Assembly (NCBI GenBank): GCA_965287045.1
Contig: OZ336882.1
Coordinates: 26,784,001 to 26,848,000 of the forward strand
Length of the DNA stretch: 64,000 bases
Direction of reading: 5' to 3'
Source of the DNA: Carcharhinus amblyrhynchos
Taxonomy: Eukaryota
The notes below the pieces were generated by a model. The model made no database searches, was not told the origin of the DNA, and saw only the letters and a program-made list of their open reading frames with translations. Of the stretch, positions 1 through 15,069 are shown in pieces. Position numbers and translations under genes: made by a program. Position 1 is the first letter of the stretch. Each line of letters begins with the position of its first letter.

Positions 1-711
1 CAATTGTAAGTGAATTATTTATTTAAAAAGGGCAGGCAGGCTGTCAGTATTGGTGACAGTCCGCAGATCACATTATGGGAGACAGCCTGAGGGTGGGTGG
101 TAGGGTGGTTTTATTAGCCCTCCTTTTTTACACGTTTCCCCCCCCCCCGCTAAAAAGATGCACACAAGAGGGGAGGGAGGGGCAGCAGGTGGGGGGGTGG
201 GGGCAGTAAATTGCAGCTCAAGAAGTCAGAAGATTTGACTTTGTGCTTTTGAATTTTAATATGAGACTTTATTTCCCTCAGTTTAATGTGTTAGCGGAAG
301 TCATAATTTTCCTATTTGAATGTTTCTGTTAATATTAATTTTAAAAAAAAACAGATGTTTTGAAGTAGTGCTGTTTTGATTGACAAGCTCACAGCCCTGA
401 TTGCTCGAAAAGAAAATTCTGCCTCTACCACACTGCTAACCCTTCATTAGCCATTTTAAATTGTCTCTGATTCAGACTGAAAACTTGAATTTTATATCAA
501 TTAGTACTGTGGACTCTGAGAAAATTTTTTAAACTCATTTCAAACAGTTGGCAAAGACAGTAGACTTTCAACTGGTCAATCTGGACTGCTGGAAAAAATA
601 GTGCTCCAACGCTCTGTGACATTCACTTCCCTTATGGTAACTATCAATACGATCAAGAATTGGTGTTAATTCAGTTTCTTTCGTGCACCTATTAAGCTCA
701 GAGCAAGTTCA

Positions 712-978
<267 letters not shown>

Positions 979-1142
979 TTATTGACATAGCAGCTTTGAC
1001 ATAGTAATGAAAAGACCTTGGAGGTTTATCTAGAGGTTTATTTAGAGGTCACAGAGATAGGGGGATGATGCCAAAGAGGGATTGATATTAAGGGTGAGAA
1101 TTTTAAAATGAGATGTTGCTTTGTAAAGCAACAATCTCACAA

Positions 1143-1430
1143 TATTATTAGTGTCACAAGTAGGCTTACATTAACACTACAATAAAGTTACTGTGAAAAT
1201 CCTCTAGTCGCCACACTCTGGTCCCTGTTTGGGTACACCGAGGGAGAATTTAGCATGGCCAATGCACCTAACCAGCTCATCTTTCGAACGTGGGAGGAAA
1301 CCAGAGCACCCGGAGGAAACCCAAGCAAACACAGGGAGAACGTGCAGACAGTGACCTAAGGGGGGAATCGAATCCGGGTCCCCGGTGTTGTGAAGCAGCA
1401 GTGCTGACCAGTGTGCCACCGTGCCACCCA
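1143..1430 (-). mobile_element. tRNA-derived V-SINE (HE1-type head/core, tail type A)
   Basis: A-box and B-box (ggttcgattcc-like) head, V-domain core gggtttcctccgggtgctctggtttcctccca, tail ...gtaagcctacttgtgacactaataa; several copies in window. Confidence 0.8.
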
Positions 1431-2219
1431 AGATCACAACTGAAATATTAACAAGTTAAAAGAGATTTGGGATCACCTTAGTTGTGCGTCCAATATTTTT
1501 TGACCTCTGCTCTTTTTAGGTTTGAGCCAATGCAATAATTGAAGGTGGATTTCGGGCAGTTACAAGCACCAGCGGTACAAGTTGATTGGCACACGCAGCT
1601 GAAGCTGAAACGTGCTGGGTTAATGATGATGTCAATAAATATTAATTTGCCTCTTTACACTGTTGGTACTTATCAATCTAGTAAAATCTAGTATGGCAGC
1701 AGGGTGACCCAGTTTCTCTGTTGGGAAGAGCATGAGATCCAATTCTGGACCTCCCTTGATTGAAATTGGAGAATTTTGGGGCTTTGTATGATAAAGCACT
1801 GGCACACAGTATCAACAGGTACACCGCAATGCGTTGCTCTTCCTGAGAATCCAGCCTATACTATCCTGAATGACACAATTGCCCATCAGATAAGTTTCAT
1901 ACATTAGTTTTTAAAGTGCAGTGTGGTTCTGAAAGTGCATCATTTACATTTTATTAAACTAAGATATTGTTATCGAATTGCAGCATCTTTTTACTCTCAT
2001 GCATTACATGCCATTCCCAAGAGATGTGTAACAATGAAGTGAAATTATTTAGAGGAAATATCTCCAATGTAAATCGATTAAGATTCAGATGTTCTAGCTG
2101 ATTATTGTATAGTTAAGCAAAAACTCTTCTGTTTCGCTGAGTTCAAACTAGGTTGGGTTTTGATCTGTTGATCTCTTTAGGCACTGAAAACACTATTTTG
2201 TTGTCCATTACTACAATTT

Positions 2220-2868
2220 GGTCAGGACTTTACTGCCTCGGGAGGCAGGGAAGGAGATGTTGGGGGCCTGGTAAAATCATAGGCATCAGGGATGGCATAA
2301 GCAGATGTTAAAATGTGCCAATTCCAAGGAAAGGGGATGCCAATTTATACCATTAAATGCACAATTAAGACAATTTCAGAGTTTTGTTGGCATTTTCATA
2401 ATTGGAGCAGGGGAGGTGGGGCAGTCTCCCCCCCTGCTGTGTAGGGAGGTCACCAGATAAATGGGAGTTGCCTCTTTGTTGCAATATCTCGTGGAGATTG
2501 TTTATGTGGAACAAAGAAGGGGCCACAGGAAGGGGAAATAGTACCCGCTGCACCAGTGACCTCCCCGCAATGGTTTCCCTTCTGACCCTTAGCCCTGCGA
2601 CTGTTCAAGATTCTTTGCAGTTGCCCACCTTAGGCCCAAGGCTTACATTCCTCAGCAGTAGTCACCTCTGCTGGTGGTATTGCTGAGGTTTCAGAGCTTC
2701 TGCCTTGTGATTGGGCCAGCAGCATCAGAAGCCTGCCCACAGGTGGCCATTTCAGAGACTGGCAGTGGTAAAATTGCCAAGTGGGTTCCACTACTGGCAA
2801 GTGTGGGTTCAGAACCCCCATTTTACTCCAACATCAGGGTCCTGATTTACCTTGTAGAATTCAGTCCT
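2220..2868. mobile_element. Probable degenerate non-autonomous DNA transposon (Harbinger/MITE-like)
   Basis: GC-richer block bounded by imperfect inverted ends ggtcaggactttac ... gtagaattcagtcc, similar to other GGC..AATTTT-ended elements in the window. Confidence 0.35.
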
Positions 2869-3011
2869 ATGTTTCAATTTGGCACTGAGATAGTTTGCAA
2901 AGTTAGCTGCTTTTAAGATTTAATTAATATTTGGTGAGAGTTCATTATGCATGTGGCCTTGCAGATGATACTCCTATAGGTGCCTATTTAGGTTTTTTTT
3001 AATGGTTACGC

Positions 3012-3355
3012 TTTTTCATTTGTTCATGGGATGTGGACACTGCTGGCTGGGCCAGCGTTTGTTGCCCTTGAACTGAGGACATTTAAGGGTTAACTACATT
3101 GCTGTGGATCTGGAATCACATATAAACTAGGCAAGAACAGCAGATTTCCTCCCTAAAGGATATTAATGAACTTAATGGGCTTTTATGAGAATCGACAATT
3201 GTTTCACAGTCTTCATTAGAATTTTAACTCCAGATTTTTATTGAATTCAAATTTCGCTATCTGCCGTCATGGGATTTGAACCCGTGTCTCCGGAGCATTA
3301 CCTTTGGTCTGTAGATTACTAGTCCAGTGACAATACTACTACCGCCACTGCCTCC
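3012..3355 (-). mobile_element. tRNA-derived SINE, family B
   Basis: Head with gggttcaaatccc B-box, core ...ttcactaatgtcctttagggaaggaaatctg, tail ...gctggcccagccagc..cacatcccatgaa. Other copies at about 3975-4230, 15018-15550, 28405-28560, 30048-30410, 33838-34050, 36910-37250, 41690-42025, 52676-52915. Confidence 0.75.
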
Positions 3356-3666
3356 GCTGTCCTTCTAGATAATGGCTCACTTCTTCCTTTTAGCTGGTGG
3401 TTCAGTGGGCGTATGTCCTTTTAGATAATGGCAATGACCTAACTATATGGGCAACTTATAACAGGGAACTTCTACTGCCAAATGCTTACACTCTTAAATT
3501 TCTGTTGTTGATTCTGCATGTACATTATTATTAAAATGCTGAGTATATCAATAAACAGTGTTCATTGTGACACAAATATGATCATTAATTTGCAATTCAT
3601 ATCTTTGATATATTTCTATTATAAGACTAATTGCTGAAACAAGTTTGCCAACAGTTCATGCCATTA

Positions 3667-3924
<258 letters not shown>

Positions 3925-4439
3925 TCATAATAATATAGCATTTCTCATAGAAGGTAGCACACACTGCATCTTTATCTTATTCATTCATGGGGTGTGGCCA
4001 GCACTTATTGCCCATTCCTGAGGACAATTAAGAGTTAACCGCATTGCTGTGACTCTGGGATCAAATGTAGGCCAGCCCAGGTTAGGATGACAAATTTCTT
4101 TCCCTAAAAGACATTAGTGAACCAGATGGGTTTTTACGACAATTGATAATAGTTTAATCGTCATAATTCGACTTTTAATTCCAGATTCTTAATGAATTCA
4201 AATTTCACCATCTGCCATGGTGGGGTTGCTCAAGATATTCTTCTTGTTCAGTTCTCTGCCTGAAGCAGGTCCTTGGCCATTATTTGTTGAGTTGCAACAA
4301 AAGGCCCTGAATCTAGCCCAGCCGGAATAGGGATCAAACCCTGCACTGTTGGCACTAATAGGATCCACGTGCTATCTAAGCAACTGAGGTAACTGGCCCC
4401 TCATGAGAGACAAAACAGATATTAATTATTAAACCCCTT

Positions 4440-4930
4440 AATTGATTGCACTAGAGAAAGTGCAGAGGAGATTCACTAGGATGTTGCTTGGGCTAGAGTG
4501 TTTCAGCTATGAAGAGAGGCTGGTAGCTCTGGAGGCTGTTCTCCTCAGAGCAGAGAAGGCTGAAGGAGGTGCCTGGTTGAGCTGTCTAACATTATAAGGG
4601 ATGTAGATAGGATGGGACTTTTCCCCTTAATAGGTGTGTCAATAACCAAGAGGCATAGATTTAAGGTAATGAGCAGGAAATTTGGAAGGAAGTTAAGGAA
4701 AAATCTTTTCACCCAGAGGATGATGGGAATCTGGAACTCACTGCATGAAAGGGTGGTAGAGGTGGGAATCTTCACTGCATTAAGGAGCATATAGATGAAT
4801 AATTAAAACAACACAGCATATAAAGCTGCATACCAAGTGCTGGAAATTGTATTAGATTCGATAGGTGCTTGTCGGCCAGCACACACACGATGGGCTGAAG
4901 GGCCTCATTCTGTGCTGTGAAACTCTGTGA
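4440..4930 (+). mobile_element. CR1 LINE 3' fragment (degenerate)
   Basis: ORF2 C-terminal remnant LFPL...TKRHRFKV...RKNLFTQRMMGIWNSL followed by gggctgaagggcc tail. Confidence 0.85.
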
Positions 4931-5221
4931 CACTACAAAGGGACTCTGACTGAACGAGTTGCAAATGGTCATTAAACCTTCCTTCCTCAATGTTGCAAAG
5001 TTCTTTTATTTATTTTCTAACTCAGCCAATAAAGTTCAAAGAAGAAGTTTAACTTTTTGGATTAATTGTAACATATTATCTGATAAAATTACGATGCATA
5101 AATATGTTGTATGTAATGCTCTCTTATGCTGAAGTGGGTTAAGACCTTTAATGCTGCTTTCTGATATGCAACTGAAAAGTCAAGCATGGGTGAATTAAAA
5201 ATGACCTTTCAAATTTGGTTT

Positions 5222-6246
5222 TGTGAAGAAATATAGTTTATTTTCAATATTTTAGAGTTTATTGTGCTATTCTCTGAAGTAGGTTTGTTTGTCTGAGTGT
5301 GTGTCTATGTGTTTAATTAAACAGAAGGCAGTTGGGTTGCAAGGTTCAGAACATCAAAGGATTGTAGGTGTGCAAGACTTGCATTTGAATTAAATATAGC
5401 CAAGTTGTATTTTCTACAAGTAAATAAGGCATGGGTAGAAATTTGTATCAGGAGATAAAGAAGGTTTGCTGTGTCAGTTGCCAAATTTCAAGAGGAAGTA
5501 AAAAGGGGTTTACAACTTGGAAAGCATCATAAATAAATAAAGTAAGGTTATTAAATTTTATTTTGCCTGAAAGTGGGGGTAGTATAGGAGGACCATAAAA
5601 CATTTTTATATTCTGGGAAAGGTGAGTTTCAAAGAGGGCTAAGGACTATGAAATAAAAATGAAAGAGAAAAACAAAATAAGGAGGTCGAGAACTGCTTTG
5701 GAAGTGACCATGTAAAATGTCCTGGAGCGCTGCTCTGTGCAGGAAAAAGTTGTAGAGAAAATGAGCAGCCTTCCAGCTAACCAAGAAAAATTCTCTTTTT
5801 TGCTGAAAGCAGTGTTTTGTTTTAAAGTTTCTTAAATTTCCACAGCCGAGTGGGAGATGAGAAACTTAGAGACATCCCTTCCCTACAGGAATGCTAGTTT
5901 TGCCTTGTGGTCATTTTACTGAAATTTTTAAAGTTAAGCATAAGGGATTATTGCCTAAAGAGGTGTTTATTTTGAGTCCAACCCAGTAGATTTTCAGCAG
6001 AATGTTCTATAAGGCTAATTTTACCTTGTTAATGTAATCTTGTGTCTTCAAGTTTTCTTTTGTTAATAAATGGTTCAATTTAATATTTTAAATCCTTAAA
6101 AGCATTATTGGAACTTGTGGCTTCTGACTTCAGCATATGTATCTTCTCATGGTCAACATACAAAAAGGAAATAGATGTGATAAGCTTACCAAGTTTCTGT
6201 TTGAGATTTGGTTTGTGAGGCAATTGCTACCTGCTGGATCATAACA
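5222..6246 (+). mobile_element. Candidate solo LTR (Gypsy/ERV-like)
   Basis: Starts TGTGA, ends ATAACA, flanked by 4-bp direct repeat gttt (5218-5221 and 6247-6250), AATAAA near 6065. Confidence 0.55.
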
Positions 6247-6544
6247 GTTTCTAGTGTAACAATTAGGGAACTTCAAATAAAACTATTGGGTATTAATTTA
6301 ACCATCTAGACTAGAAACTGATGGAATTTGACTGAAGTTTTTCACAGCTTTCCCAATTAAAATTGTGCAATATTTTCAGTGGGTGGTTAATCAAATGTTG
6401 TCAGGATGGTAACAATTGGTTAAAATTATCCCCAGGTGTCCAAATTGTTGGGCCTTGCTCTTAAATATGTTTCAAAATAAGAACCAGTTTTCTGTCGGAA
6501 CCAAGACAGATTATCACATAACATTATATACCATGTACCATGGA

Positions 6545-7030
6545 CACTTGGCCCAAGCAAATACCTGGACTAAGTTGGTTGTCTGATCAGGATAGTTTAG
6601 ACAGGTTGGACATGTTTCCACTAGAGTTGAGAAGAATGAGAGGTGACTTCATTGAAGTTTATAAGATCCCAAATGGTCTTGACAAGGTGAATGTGGCAAG
6701 GAAGTTTCCTCTTTCGTGGGTTAGTCCAAAACTAGAGGTCACTGTTTTAAAATTAAGAGTTGCCGTTCTAGGACCAAGATTAGGAGAACTTTGTCCTCTC
6801 AGAGGGTTGTGTGACTTTGGAACTTCCTGCCTCAGAAGGTGGTGGAGGCAGGGTCAGTGAATATTTTTCAGCAGAGGTCGACAGATTATTGTTCGGCAAG
6901 GGAATCAAAAGTTATCAAGAGTAGATGGGAATGTGGAACTTGTTATACAAACAGATCAGCCATGATCTTGTGGAACAGTGGAGCAGGCTTGAGGGGCTGA
7001 ATGGCCCATCTCTGCTCAGATTTGATGCAT
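6545..7030 (+). mobile_element. CR1 LINE 3' fragment
   Basis: LDRLDMFPLELRRMRGDFIEVYKI motif and CR1-type 3' UTR gatcagccatgatc...gaggggctgaatggcc. Confidence 0.85.
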
Positions 7031-8051
7031 TTGTAGTTCATGCTGATTTCATTCCCACTTGAGTCTCTTCTCATTTTTCCTTATCTAAACCTATTAGCAT
7101 AACCCCCTGTTCTTTTCTTCTTCATACCCTTAATGCATATCAGGGCCTTCCTTAAATATATTCATGCTACTTGTCTCAACTACTCCCTGTGGAAGTATTC
7201 ATTCTTACTTATTGAACTGGAAATTAGTCAAGATAAAGAAGCTTTGCCCTGGGTGCAAACTAAATTGAAGACTCTTGGGGCATTAGCAAAGATGTGGAAT
7301 CCAGATAATAGCTGATTAATTTACATTTCATGCAATAAGCCAGTAGCAAAAGCCAATTTGGGAAGCATTTACAATAATAACTTACATTTATATAGCATCT
7401 TTCATGTAATGAAATGTCTCAAGATGCTGTATAAAGGAACATTACAAAACAGAATTGGTCCCCAACTCCACCCCCAATTTAGAGGTTGTGGGATAGCCCA
7501 GCATGATCCCGCAAGCTGTTTCGCAGCAATTTAATGCCGGGAGCAGAATGCCCCAATTTTCTCTGGAATCGGTCCTACCTTAAAGAGCCGTCGGCCAATT
7601 GGATGACCAGCAGCTCGTAGTCTCAGCAGTGCCAGCTCAGGTTGGTGGTCACTGCTGGGACTGCATGCTGAGCAGCCCAGGTAATTCAGGGGTCAGAGTC
7701 TCAGCGAGGGGGAGTGGTAAGGAGCATTGGGGGGAGGGGGCCAGGTTCGAGAAGCTTAGAGGGGTGAATGGTGTTGGGAGGTGGGAGGAGGGTCCTCTGA
7801 TGGAGATGGACCAAGGGGGCTCACAAAGGAGGTGTTCTCCCCCTTGCCCGATACCTGACTGAACAGCTAAAGCTGCCGGGCTTTCTGTGTGGAATGGGAT
7901 ACCCCATTTCCCAATGGCAGGAGAGTCACCCAACTCTTCCTCAACCCCAAACAGGTCAGGGGCAGGTGAGTAGGCAGCAGGAAGAGAATCCACTGGATTT
8001 GATGTATTCCTCATCACAAAACCCACTGACAGGGGAGTGTACGATCAGCCC

Positions 8052-8425
8052 AATGAATGGGATGGATAGGATAGAGGTGGAGAGACTCTTCCCGCTCAGA
8101 AAGGACAGTAGGACTAGGGGGCACAGCCTCAAGATAAAGGGGAGGCGGTTTAGAACAGAGTTGAGGAAGAATTTCTTCACTCAAAGGGTGGTGAATCTCT
8201 GGAATTCTCTGCCCGTTGAAGTGGTGGAGGCTACCTCGCTAAATATTTTTAAGACGCGGGTTGATGGGTTTTTGATAAGAGAGGGGATTAAGGGTTATGG
8301 GGAGAGGGTGGGAATGTGGAACTGAGCCACGACAGATCAGCCATGATCTTATTAAATGGCGGGGCAGGCTCGAAGGGCTAGATGGCCTACTCCTGCTCCT
8401 ATTTCTTATGTACTTATGTTCTTAT
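8052..8425 (+). mobile_element. Young CR1 LINE 3' end
   Basis: MNGMDRIEVERLFPL...FFTQRVVNLWNSLP...GMWN stop, 3' UTR and (ttcttatg)n tail; near-identical to 23091-23496 and 25745-26120. Confidence 0.92.
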
Positions 8426-8531
8426 TCTCTTGATTCCTTCTCTATGAATGGTAAGTTTTGTCTGTACAGTGTTCAAGAAATAATAGTTTTCACTGTATAC
8501 TAATACATGTGACAATAATAAATCAAATCAA
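8426..8531 (+). mobile_element. Rex1/Babar LINE extreme 3' tail
   Basis: Matches the reverse complement of the tail at 23025-23090 (cactgtatactaatacatgtgacaataataaatcaaatcaa). Confidence 0.7.
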
Positions 8532-8719
8532 TTATCTTGCTTTCTATTACATATTTGTTCCATTTCAAGGTATACGAATTATAAATACCAGCAGACTCAA
8601 GTTGCCACAGCAGGTAATCCAGGTGTTTATAAAACTTAACTTGTGATTAGAAAATAATCAGATTACATGTTATGTGGTATTTGAAGATTGTCTATGACTG
8701 TCAGGTAAGACACTTACTA

Positions 8720-8929
<210 letters not shown>

Positions 8930-9192
8930 TCAGAAAAGTACAACACTGCCGATCAATAGAAAGCCCTAAAGCAGTGAGAATTGTCTTACTTGTTGCAGTG
9001 ATTTAATATAAAGAATTGATTACGGTGAGAGAAAACAAGAAGAAAACAATTGCAAATCTCACAGTTTTGTTAAAAATAAGCAAGATGGTGCATGGAGGAT
9101 GTGGGCAAATAGAATATATCTGGAGATATATTTGGCCAACCCAGGACTCATGTTTAAGTTTATTAGTGTCACAAATAGGCTTATATTAACAC

Positions 9193-10770
9193 TTGTGGAG
9201 GCATTGGTGGTGGTCTTTCAGGAATCACTGGAAGCAGGGAAGGTGATGTGCAGATGCCGGCGTTGGACTGGGGGTAAACGCAGTAAGAAATCTCGTAACA
9301 CCAGGTTAACGTAGCAGAGGACCGGAATGTAGCGAATGTAACACCGCTGTTCAAGAAGGGAGGGAAGCAACAAATGGGAAATTATAGGCCAGTTCGCCTG
9401 ACTTCGGTCATTGGCAAGATTTTAGATTCCATTATTAAAGATAACATCGCAGTATACTTGGAAGTGCAAGATAAAATAGGACTGAGCCAGCACCGTTTCA
9501 TCAAGGGCAGGCCATGTCTGACAAATCTGTTAGAGTTCTTTGAGGGGGTAACAAGGAAGTTAAATAAAGGACAACCAATGGACATGATTTCTTTAGATTT
9601 CCAAAAGGCCTTTGACAAGGTGCTGCATAGGAGAGTGTTGAATAAGTAAGTGCCCATGGTGTTAAGGATAAGATCTTGGCATGGATAGAGGTTTGGCTGA
9701 CTGGCAAAGAGTGGGGATAAAGGGGTCTTTTTCAGGATGGCAGCTGGTGACTAGTGTTGTACCTCAGGGGTCAGTGCTGAGACCACAACTTTCCACAATA
9801 TACATTAATAATTTGGAGGAAGGAACTGAAGGCACTGTTGCTAAGTTTGCAGATAATACAAAGGTATGTAGAGGGACAGGTACTTTTGAGGAAGCAGGGG
9901 GGGCTGCAGAAGGACTTGGACAGGTTAGGAGAGTGGGCAAAGTAGTGGCAGATGGAATACAATGCGGAAAAGTGTGAGGTTATGCACTTTGGAAGGGGGA
10001 ATGGAGGCATAGACTATTTTTTTAAATGGGACAATGCTTAGGAAATCAGAAACACAAAGGGACTTGGGAGTTATTGTTCAAGATTCTCTTAAGGTTAATG
10101 TGCAGGTTCAGTCGGCAGTTAGAAAGGCAAATGCAATGTTAGCATTCATGTCAAGAGGGCTAGAATATAAGAGCAGGGATGTACTTCTGAGTCTGTATTA
10201 GGGTCTGGTCAGACCCCATTTGAATATTGTGAGCAGTTTTGGGCCCCGTACTTAAGGAAGGATGTACTGGCCTTGGAAAGGGTCCAGAGGAGTCTCAAAA
10301 GAATGATCCCTGGAATGAAGAGCTTGGCGTATGAGAAACGGTTGAGGACTCTGGGTCTGTACTTGTTAGAGTTTAGAAGGATGGGGGGGGGAGTCTTATT
10401 GAAACTTACAGAATACTGCAATGCCTGGATAGAGTGGATGTGGAGAGGATGTTTCCACTCGCAGGAATAACTAGAACCAGAGGGCACAACCTCAGGCTAA
10501 AGGGACGATCCTTTAAAACAGAGATGAAGAGAAATTTCTTCAGCCAGAGAGTGGTGAATCTGTGGAACTCTTTGCCGCAGAAGGCTGTGGAGGCCAGGTC
10601 ATTGAGTGTCTTTAAGACAGAGATAAATAGGTTCTTGATTAATAAGAGGGTCAGGGGTTATGGGGAAAAGGCAGAAGAATGGGGATGAGAAAAATATCAG
10701 CCATGATTGAATGGCAGAGCAGACTCGATGGGCTGAGTGGCCTAATTTTGCTCCTATGGCTTATGGTTGA
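9193..10770 (+). mobile_element. 5'-truncated CR1 LINE (RT domain to 3' end) inserted in a V-SINE
   Basis: GNYRPVRLTSVIGK, LDFQKAFDKV, VPQGSVL and KFADNTK RT motifs; flanked by aacac repeat (9188-9192, 10771-10775); SINE halves at 9152-9192 and 10771-11034. Confidence 0.92.
9244..9309 (-). mobile_element. Penelope-derived short element (family 1), 3' tail fragment
   Basis: Reverse complement ttaacctggtgttacgagatttcttactgcgtttacccccagtccaacgccggcatctgcacatca matches the tails at 54420-54480 and 59445-59508. Confidence 0.75.
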
Positions 10771-11994
10771 AACACGCAATTAAGTTAATGTGAAAATCCC
10801 CTAATCGCTACACTTTGGTGCCTGTTCAGGTACACTGAGGGACAATTTAGCATGGCCAATGCACTTAACCAGCATGTCTTTCAGACTGTAACAGGAAACT
10901 GGAGCATCCAGATGAAACCCACACAGACCCGGGGAGAATGTGTAAATTCCACACAGACAGTGACCAAAGCGAGGAATCGAACCTGGGTCCCTGGTGCTGT
11001 GAGGCAGCAATGCTAACCACTGTGCCACCGTGCTGCGTCAACCCACCTTGCAGTTATGCAAGCTGTGGTTTTACTTTGGAGCCAAGTGTGGTCGGTGCAG
11101 ACTCAATGGGCCAAATGGCCTCCTCCTGCACTGTAGGGGTTCTATTCTATTCTAAGTGGTGCAAGAAGTATTCAGTTTATCAGCATTTATCTCACATTTT
11201 ATGACTTGTTGATTAATGATGGCTCTGCATGAAAATGGAGATGTCTGACGTGAAGCCCATGCCAATACGTACTTCCTTTTTGCTTGATGTTAGTGTTGAG
11301 GTCATTTAAATGCTGCTATGAAGCTCATTTAACATTTTAGGTACAGAGGTATTTTGGGAAAGAATAATCCCACCAGTTCAGATGCTGATCCTAACCTACC
11401 ATGCCAACCCACAGATTTAGAGTGGTTGCAAAAACAGTGCTCCAGCGCTGCAGTACCTGCTTCAGGGAAGTGAGGGTAGAACAACTGGGACTTAATTACA
11501 TGGCTCTGATCCTATTATTGTGGATGTAGTAACATAGAAAAGTAAATGAGATGTATTCCTAAAATACTTGTACAGCTATAAGGCAAATAAATTAATATTC
11601 CTTACAGCCCTGTGGTTATTTTAAAATAATTGGTTGCTTTGATGCACAGTGACTGAAGAAAGCATAGACAAGGCAGATCTGTGCCAATTAAGAGATGAAT
11701 GATAGCATTAGAGAATAGAACATTCAGCAGGACTTTCAACCTTGTTGGAAGGGGTAAAACAGGCGCTAGCGACTTGGCCATCAGTTTTACATCTCACTTG
11801 ATAACCACCTTCTAAGGATGGCCTGAAACAGATTATATTAGATCAGTCATCCATTATATATCACTCTTCATTTGTAACCCCTTCGACTTGGCTGGGAGTT
11901 AAACTATGGCAAGATATATAATGGACAGCCGATTTCACACTGTCCATTTTGTACTATCAACAAAGGTTTAAATGAATACGTTATGTTCATTTAA

Positions 11995-12738
<744 letters not shown>

Positions 12739-12949
12739 TTATCAAAAGGTCTACATTTAAATCCTGCTATGAAGCTCATTTAACATCTTAGGTAGGGAGA
12801 TATTTTGTATATAACTCACAGAGGATTTTAAGCACACATTGGAACTTCTTAACATGTGGTCAATCAAGCCAACAATCTTAATTTTCCAGGGGACGAAGGA
12901 ACAGTTGACTGAGAAACACTTATTTAAACAAACAAACAAGGAAAGTGAT

Positions 12950-13080
12950 ACTGTAGAAGGGTCATATGGTCTTGAAACATTAACTCTCTTTTCTCTTCAC
13001 AAGAGGTTGCCAGACCTAATGTGTTTATCTAGCATCTGTTTTTATATCAGATTTTCAGCATCCGCAGTATTCTATTTTTA
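12950..13080 (+). mobile_element. Penelope-derived short element (family 2), degenerate
   Basis: ctgtagaagggtcat...cttgaaacattaactct...cagacct...ttcagcatccgcagtatt, homologous to 16407-16540. Confidence 0.55.
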
Positions 13081-13499
13081 AATGATTGAAGGTGTCTGGC
13101 ATGGGTAGCTGAAATGCCAATTTTGATATAACAATGGTACCATAACAGAGATGGTGCTTTCTGTAAAGAGCAAATGAAGATCATAAAGTATTGTGCACAC
13201 GCCTGCTTGCAATGCCTCCTTTGGTCACTCTTTACAGCTTAGCCCAAATGTTTTTGCTGTCAATCAAAAACTGTCTGACACAATGTACAGAGTATGTCTC
13301 TCAGGACACATTGAATGGATTTTATTTTGTCATTACAATACTGTTCTGTGACCTAATAAAGATAGCAAGGGGACAACATCCTGACTAGGTTACTTACAGA
13401 AAGTATCTTCAGTAGGTTTAGAGAGCAAAGATTAGAATCTTACTGAGACACATCATACCCCAATATGCTTAGATAATACCATGCCATCAAACTCTATTT

Positions 13500-13970
13500 T
13501 TTATTAGTTAATTTAGAGAATGTGGGTATCTCTGGCTAGGCCAGCATTTATTGCTCATCCTTAAAAGGTAGTAGTGAGCTGCCTTCTTGAATCACTGCAG
13601 TCCCACGGTACATCCAAAGTGCTGGTCGGGAGGGAGTTCCAGGATTTTGGTCCAGTGGCAGTGAAGGAATGCTTTCAAAGTCAGGGTGGTGTATGACCTG
13701 GAGGGAAACTTCTAGGTGGTGATGTTGCCATGTGTCTGCTGCCCTTGTCCTTCTAGATAGTAGGGTCATGGATTTGGGAAGTGCTGCTGAAAGGGTCTAG
13801 GTGACTTCCCCCCATGCATCTTGTAGGTGGTACACCCGGCTGCCACTGTTCATCAGTGGTGGAGGGAGTGAATGTTATGGAAGGAGTGCCAAACAAGTGG
13901 GCTGCTTTGTCCTGGATGGTGCCGAGCTTCTTGAGTGTTGTTGGAGCGACATCCCAGCAAGTGGGAAACC
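13500..13970 (-). mobile_element. Old CR1-clade LINE (family C) 3' end
   Basis: Homologous to 31590-32070 including the ccagcatttattgc tail. Confidence 0.75.
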
Positions 13971-14084
13971 CTTAGATAATATCATATTTTCATCTTAGAT
14001 CTCTCTCGCAACCACCCAGAAATCTGAGGCATTTACTAGTAATTATTTTAATGGGTAAATGTAATTATAGAGTAGAATGAACAA

Positions 14085-14620
14085 GAACATATGAACAAAA
14101 GAATAAAGAGCAGGAGTAGGCTGTTCAGCTCCTTTAGCCTGCTTCACTATTTAATAAGATTATGGCTGATCTGTCAGTAACCTCAAATCTGCATTGCACC
14201 AACCCCCAAAAATCTATCATCTCCTTGTTTACCAAGAATCTATCCACCTCTTCCTTAACAATATACAAAGTCTCTGCTTTTACCACCTTTTCAGAAAGTT
14301 CCAAAACCTCTCAGCCCTCTGAGTGAAAATATTTTGCCTCATCTCCATTTTAAATGGGCGACCCTTATTTCTAAACAGTGAGCCCGTAGTTCTAGATTCT
14401 CCCACAAGAGGAAACACCCTTCTAACATCTACCCTGTCAAGACCCCTCAGAATCATATGTTTCAATCAACTCACCTCTTACTCTTCTAAATTCCAGCGGA
14501 TACAAGCCTAGCTTGAGGACTCTTTCCTCATCAGACAATCCTCCCAATCCGGGAATTAGTCTGGTAAACTTGAACTGCATCCAATGCAAAGACATCCTTT
14601 CTTAAATAAGGTCACCAATA
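14085..14620 (-). mobile_element. CR1 LINE 3' fragment
   Basis: ILRGLDRVDVRRVFPLVGESRT...FTQRAERFWNFL and aagaacat tail repeats. Confidence 0.85.
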
Positions 14621-15069
14621 TGCTAAGATTTTGAAAATTCTACTAATTTTTAGGGTGTGTAAGATATTTGGAGTTTAATCTTTAACCATAATTTATCTTC
14701 AGTGGCTCAGTTTGTATTTCTGCTGGTTGGAATTCATGACAGGCAGGCAGTTTGTGAGAATCAGAATTGTTTCATGATTTTAAGCTCCTGAGCAGGACAG
14801 CTGTTCTGCCACAAGACAATTTGATTTTTTTTAATCATTAAAAGACTAAAGCAGTCTGAATGATATAAACAAAACCCATGTATTGATTTAATTGATCTGT
14901 ACCAGAAGGAAGCCTTTACTTTCTGTTGGTATGATTAAATGATATTGACAAGATAATGTGACTTTACTTGGCACTGATCTATACTAATAGAAATGTGTTA
15001 TTTCCTTGTAACAGAATGTTACATGTAGACCAGATCAGGTAAGGATGGCAGATTTCCTTCCCTAAAGGA

